Assembly (NCBI GenBank): GCA_964430885.1
Contig: CAYSHM010000023.1
Coordinates: 1 to 51,789 of the forward strand
Direction: 5' to 3'
DNA: 51,789 nt
From: an uncultured archaeon
Lineage (GTDB): Archaea > Thermoplasmatota > Penumbrarchaeia > JASLWR01
Below the pieces are notes generated by a model, which had not been told where the DNA came from, ran no database searches, and saw only the letters and a program-made list of their open reading frames with translations. Made by a program: the position numbers and the translations under genes. Below are positions 48,552-51,789 of the stretch, in pieces. Numbering within the stretch: the first letter of the stretch is position 1; every line of letters starts with the position of its first letter.

Positions 48552-51500
48552 TCAGAAATCAAAATCTTCATCCCAATTGTCATCCTCGTCCTCATCCCTG
48601 TAATCATCATCATCATCTTCCCAGGAATCTTCCTCGTCGCCCCCTTCTTCTTTATCATCCCAACCATCGTCTTCGCTATCCACATCAATTTCCTCTTCAT
48701 CGTCCCATTCTCCCCCCTCATCATCCAAGGCGTCCTCGTCGTCTTCTCCCCAATCATCATCATCATCGTCTTCCAGGTCATCAATGATCTCATCTTCCAG
48801 GGTGTCCGTATCCTCAGTTCTCTTATTCTTCTGACGTAGGGCCAAGAAAATTATGATAACAAGAATGATAACAGCTATTACAAGGAACAATATCCACATC
48901 TTGGAGCCATCCTTATCATCCCCGTTATCCCCATCACCCTTTTTGTCAGGGCTGATTGTGGATTCTGGTGAGGTCCAGCCAGTTAGATGGGTTCCCGGGA
49001 CAAAGCTACCTGCAATTAAATTGTTCAGGATTCCGGAAGAGCTAGTATAATCCTTGTGGCTGAAAGTAACATTCAACTCATAACCGGCCCATTTTGCCGG
49101 TATTGAGAATGTGACCTTCCCATTTTCTCCAGTAACTGCACTATCGTTGTAAATACCTCCACCTATAACTATTCTGATGGTTGCATTGGCGATCTTCTCC
49201 CCATCCCCGTCTACAAAGGGTCCGAGTGTTATAACAATGGGTTTCTTTACTGGCGCTGACCATCCCTGAAGGGCCTCAGGTGAAATTGATGTATCACCCT
49301 GGATGTTCACAAGCTTACCAGATGCAGAGCGGTAATCAGGATGGGTGAAAACGACACTGATGTTCCATCCTTTCCATTCCAGAGGTATGGTGAATGAAAC
49401 ATTTCCATTGACATCAGTAGATGTCCAGTAGGTATAGTTACCATCTTCCACCTGGATTGTTATAGTGGCGCCCTCTATGCCGTTACCATCACTGTCGGTA
49501 AAAGGCCCCATATTCAGTACCAAATCAGGTATTTCAGGAACCGACGCCTGTGTGCTGACTGCAGCGGTTCTATTTAGCATAGGAACCTTTCGGGATATGC
49601 CCTTTACTGTGACGTTCCCGATCTCACCCCCCAGGGCATCAGCCGAAGCAGTCACTTCCAGGGTGATTATCACCGTTTCGCCGATGCCTAATTCCGCTGA
49701 TTGGGATGATAGAACCGCCTTCCATCCGCTTGTGTTGTAGATTATCTCAAGGTCCACCGTATCCATGCCTTCTCCCTTGTTTTTCAGGGTGAGATTGTAT
49801 ACTGCCGTTTCACCAGGTTCAACGATCATCCCGTTATCAAGCTTTATACTGAAATTGTATTCCAGGTTCAGCACCTCGATGTTTATGGGAATGAACCGTG
49901 ATCCCTGGGAACTGATTACATTCAATTTTCCTATGAACACACCTTCTGAAGTGGCTTCAGGTATATCTATGGTTATTTCCACCATCCTATGAGTGCCCCC
50001 GTTCAGATCAAATGATCCTGGGGTGATATCTATAGTGCTGCCCGGAATTGTACCACTTCCGGATTCAAGGTCAGTAACAGAAAGCTGAATATTGTTTATC
50101 GCGCCTAAACCGGAATTCTCACTGAAATTAAGTGTCCAAGTTTCATTGTATCCATCTTCCAATTCCCCGAATATTCCGCCGGGACTGATCGTCAGGGCAG
50201 TAGCCTCCTCGGGTTCCTGTGAATACAATGTCAGAGGACCCACCATTGCAGTAACTTCTATTGTTGTTACATGCACCTCGCCTGGATTAATGAAACCCTC
50301 ATAGGACTCCCGACTTGCTTCCCGGTGGTCAATGAATCCCTGAATGTCTAGTTCATAATCTCCAGTGGAGATTCCTATGAGCTCTAGGGTGTAAGTTCCT
50401 ACATCGTAGATGGGAAGTAAGATCATTTCCTCGATAATACCCCCGTCGGCAATATTCTGAGCTTCTTCTGAATAGTGGTAGGTGTAACCATTGTAGGTGA
50501 ACTCAGCACCAGGTATCCCCACTTCCAGCTTGCCGGAGTCTCCAAGAAGACCCACATGATTTCCGTGCTCGTCATAAAGGTGTAGTGTAGCATTGGAGTG
50601 CAGAGTGAAAACAGCGGATAGATTTGCCCCTTCGGCAAGGGTCTGGGTTTCCAGGCTGAGCAATGCATAGGCTGTCGCCATTTCGCCATTTTCCTCATAG
50701 AATGATGTTCCAAGCCAGTAACTTTCATTCCAGACACGAAGACCGGTAAGGTTCTCCACCATGTCGTCCACCCAAACATAGTTTCCGTCCTCTGTGAAGT
50801 ATCCGTCCGCTACCTCGATGGTTTCGGTATCGGTCATTGTAAAAGCCTTTGCCAGTGTCAAATAATAGTAATATAGAGCTGAATCCTCGCCCCATCCGGG
50901 ATTCGCCTCCCATGTGTAATTCCTTGTGAACCAATCCAAACCTGCCTGTATTCGCTCATCTGCTGCATCTATGCCGCACAGCATATATGACCAGATACCA
51001 GCGGCAGTCATGCTTCCGTAGGCTTCCATCTGCTGTAAACCATGAGGCCCTTCTTCCTCGTTATTTGGAAGATAGACGAATCCTCCGCTGTTGTGTGACA
51101 TATACGACTCATTATGGGCCCATGGTTCTGTGTTGTATTCTTCGAGATATTGGCATCTTTCTATGAAATAGATTGCTTTCTCCCACATCTCATGATCCTT
51201 TGAAAGGTTGCCCCAGGCATCCAAACCCATGAGGGCCCATTGAGTGTTGGAAAGGTCCGATCGGGAATGCCCTCCATATCCGAATCCCCCATATTTCCAG
51301 TTGGTATTATTGATGTTCTCCCAGGGACAATCCTCATCCCACTGTGACCATGCCAGCCATTCACCAAGGGTGTTGATCTCGTCCAGGTATTCTGGGTTCA
51401 GGGTGGCCTTCAATGCCAAAATCGCCATTGAAGCATAGTATGTGCCCCTCCCTTCATCGCCTATGGGGGGATAATGGAAGGATATGTTTCCGGTTCCATT

Positions 51501-51789
51501 CACATACTTGGCGCTCATATCTATCTGGTCCACCAGATAATCGATAGCGTTTGCCACAGTGTCATTCTCTTCGGTAATATTATTGTTCAGATAGGAAAGT
51601 ACACACAAAGCCGTAACCCCTACGTCCCATATCCATGAACCGTCGTGGTTCTGCCGGCTGGTCAGCCAGTCGAGACCTTCCTCAATGATAAGGGTCACAT
51701 TGATAGGAGGATGTATTCCTGGATCCATAGGATCTGGATCCTCCCAATCACCGAAACCGTCATTATCATCATCAGGGTCTATCACATCC
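48552..51789 (-). CDS. Surface protein (5' partial): TSP3-like Ca-binding repeat + prenyltransferase/squalene-cyclase-like alpha/alpha barrel + Ig-like domains + TM + acidic Trp tail
   Basis: Frame is open to the right edge (DVIDPDDDNDGFGDWEDPDP). GLDWLTSRQNHDGSW, GGFGY..RSDLSNTQWALMGL, GGFVY, YGSMTAAGIWS, YYYYLTLAKA. TM + RQKNKR. Confidence 0.85.
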   Translation of the reverse strand, partial: DVIDPDDDNDGFGDWEDPDPMDPGIHPPINVTLIIEEGLDWLTSRQNHDGSWIWDVGVTALCVLSYLNNNITEENDTVANAIDYLVDQIDMSAKYVNGTGNISFHYPPIGDEGRGTYYASMAILALKATLNPEYLDEINTLGEWLAWSQWDEDCPWENINNTNWKYGGFGYGGHSRSDLSNTQWALMGLDAWGNLSKDHEMWEKAIYFIERCQYLEEYNTEPWAHNESYMSHNSGGFVYLPNNEEEGPHGLQQMEAYGSMTAAGIWSYMLCGIDAADERIQAGLDWFTRNYTWEANPGWGEDSALYYYYLTLAKAFTMTDTETIEVADGYFTEDGNYVWVDDMVENLTGLRVWNESYWLGTSFYEENGEMATAYALLSLETQTLAEGANLSAVFTLHSNATLHLYDEHGNHVGLLGDSGKLEVGIPGAEFTYNGYTYHYSEEAQNIADGGIIEEMILLPIYDVGTYTLELIGISTGDYELDIQGFIDHREASRESYEGFINPGEVHVTTIEVTAMVGPLTLYSQEPEEATALTISPGGIFGELEDGYNETWTLNFSENSGLGAINNIQLSVTDLESGSGTIPGSTIDITPGSFDLNGGTHRMVEITIDIPEATSEGVFIGKLNVISSQGSRFIPINIEVLNLEYNFSIKLDNGMIVEPGETAVYNLTLKNKGEGMDTVDLEIIYNTSGWKAVLSSQSAELGIGETVIITLEVTASADALGGEIGNVTVKGISRKVPMLNRTAAVSTQASVPEIPDLVLNMGPFTDSDGNGIEGATITIQVEDGNYTYWTSTDVNGNVSFTIPLEWKGWNISVVFTHPDYRSASGKLVNIQGDTSISPEALQGWSAPVKKPIVITLGPFVDGDGEKIANATIRIVIGGGIYNDSAVTGENGKVTFSIPAKWAGYELNVTFSHKDYTSSSGILNNLIAGSFVPGTHLTGWTSPESTISPDKKGDGDNGDDKDGSKMWILFLVIAVIILVIIIFLALRQKNKRTEDTDTLEDEIIDDLEDDDDDDWGEDDEDALDDEGGEWDDEEEIDVDSEDDGWDDKEEGGDEEDSWEDDDDDYRDEDEDDNWDEDFDF

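Noticed and set aside
48459-48839. His/Pro-rich and Ile-rich plus-strand ORFs and a Met-rich minus-strand ORF
   Set aside because: Frame shadows of the Asp/Glu-rich tail of the 48552-51789 gene.
1-51789. tRNA/rRNA genes, transposases, integrases, reverse transcriptase/DGR, inteins, recoded stop codons
   Set aside because: None recognised by eye. Intergenic gaps are short and AT-rich. tRNAscan-SE and Infernal would be needed to exclude small RNAs.
1-51789. Direct homology of tail motifs to eukaryotic paxillin, WASP or ITAM systems
   Set aside because: The motifs are too short to show homology and no cognate partner (actin, Arp2/3, SH2/SH3, FAT domain) is encoded in the window. Used as analogy only.

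Overview
AT-rich archaeal chromosomal window, most likely Thermoplasmatota. The taxon is inferred from eS19/eL39/eL31, archaeal-type AlaRS and PheRS-beta, a PGF-CTERM protein and a C25 gingipain-like protease. Housekeeping genes (rps19e, PDCD5-like, rpl39e, rpl31e, AcnX/phosphomevalonate-dehydratase pair, pheT, alaS) and a bacterial-type groES-groEL operon are interspersed with 11 exported or membrane-anchored proteins that occupy about two thirds of the window. Seven are large single-pass surface proteins: an FN3-repeat protein, an ecto-metallophosphoesterase, an S-layer/Ig-like protein, a C25 protease, a beta-helix/PKD protein, a ~2470-aa giant and a prenyltransferase-barrel protein. Each has a long, acidic cytoplasmic tail. 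Main candidate novel system: these tails share short motifs. They include an LD-like helix D[LM]LDx[ALI]xDD[IM], either Zn ribbons or repeated acidic-Trp motifs, KKPPKPP and YxxLY. A hyper-acidic protein with six tandem Zn-ribbon repeats, missing from the ORF track (1-1708, minus, runs off the edge), carries the same LD-like helix. Other highlights are a soluble, protease-less LonB-like AAA+ ATPase with a Zn ribbon followed by an HTH gene, a gene bracketed by a duplicated ribosome-binding/start region, and a recurrent Arg site after signal peptides that may be processed by the C25 protease. No rRNA, tRNA, CRISPR array or mobile-element gene was recognised. All family calls come from motif recognition by eye, not from database searches.
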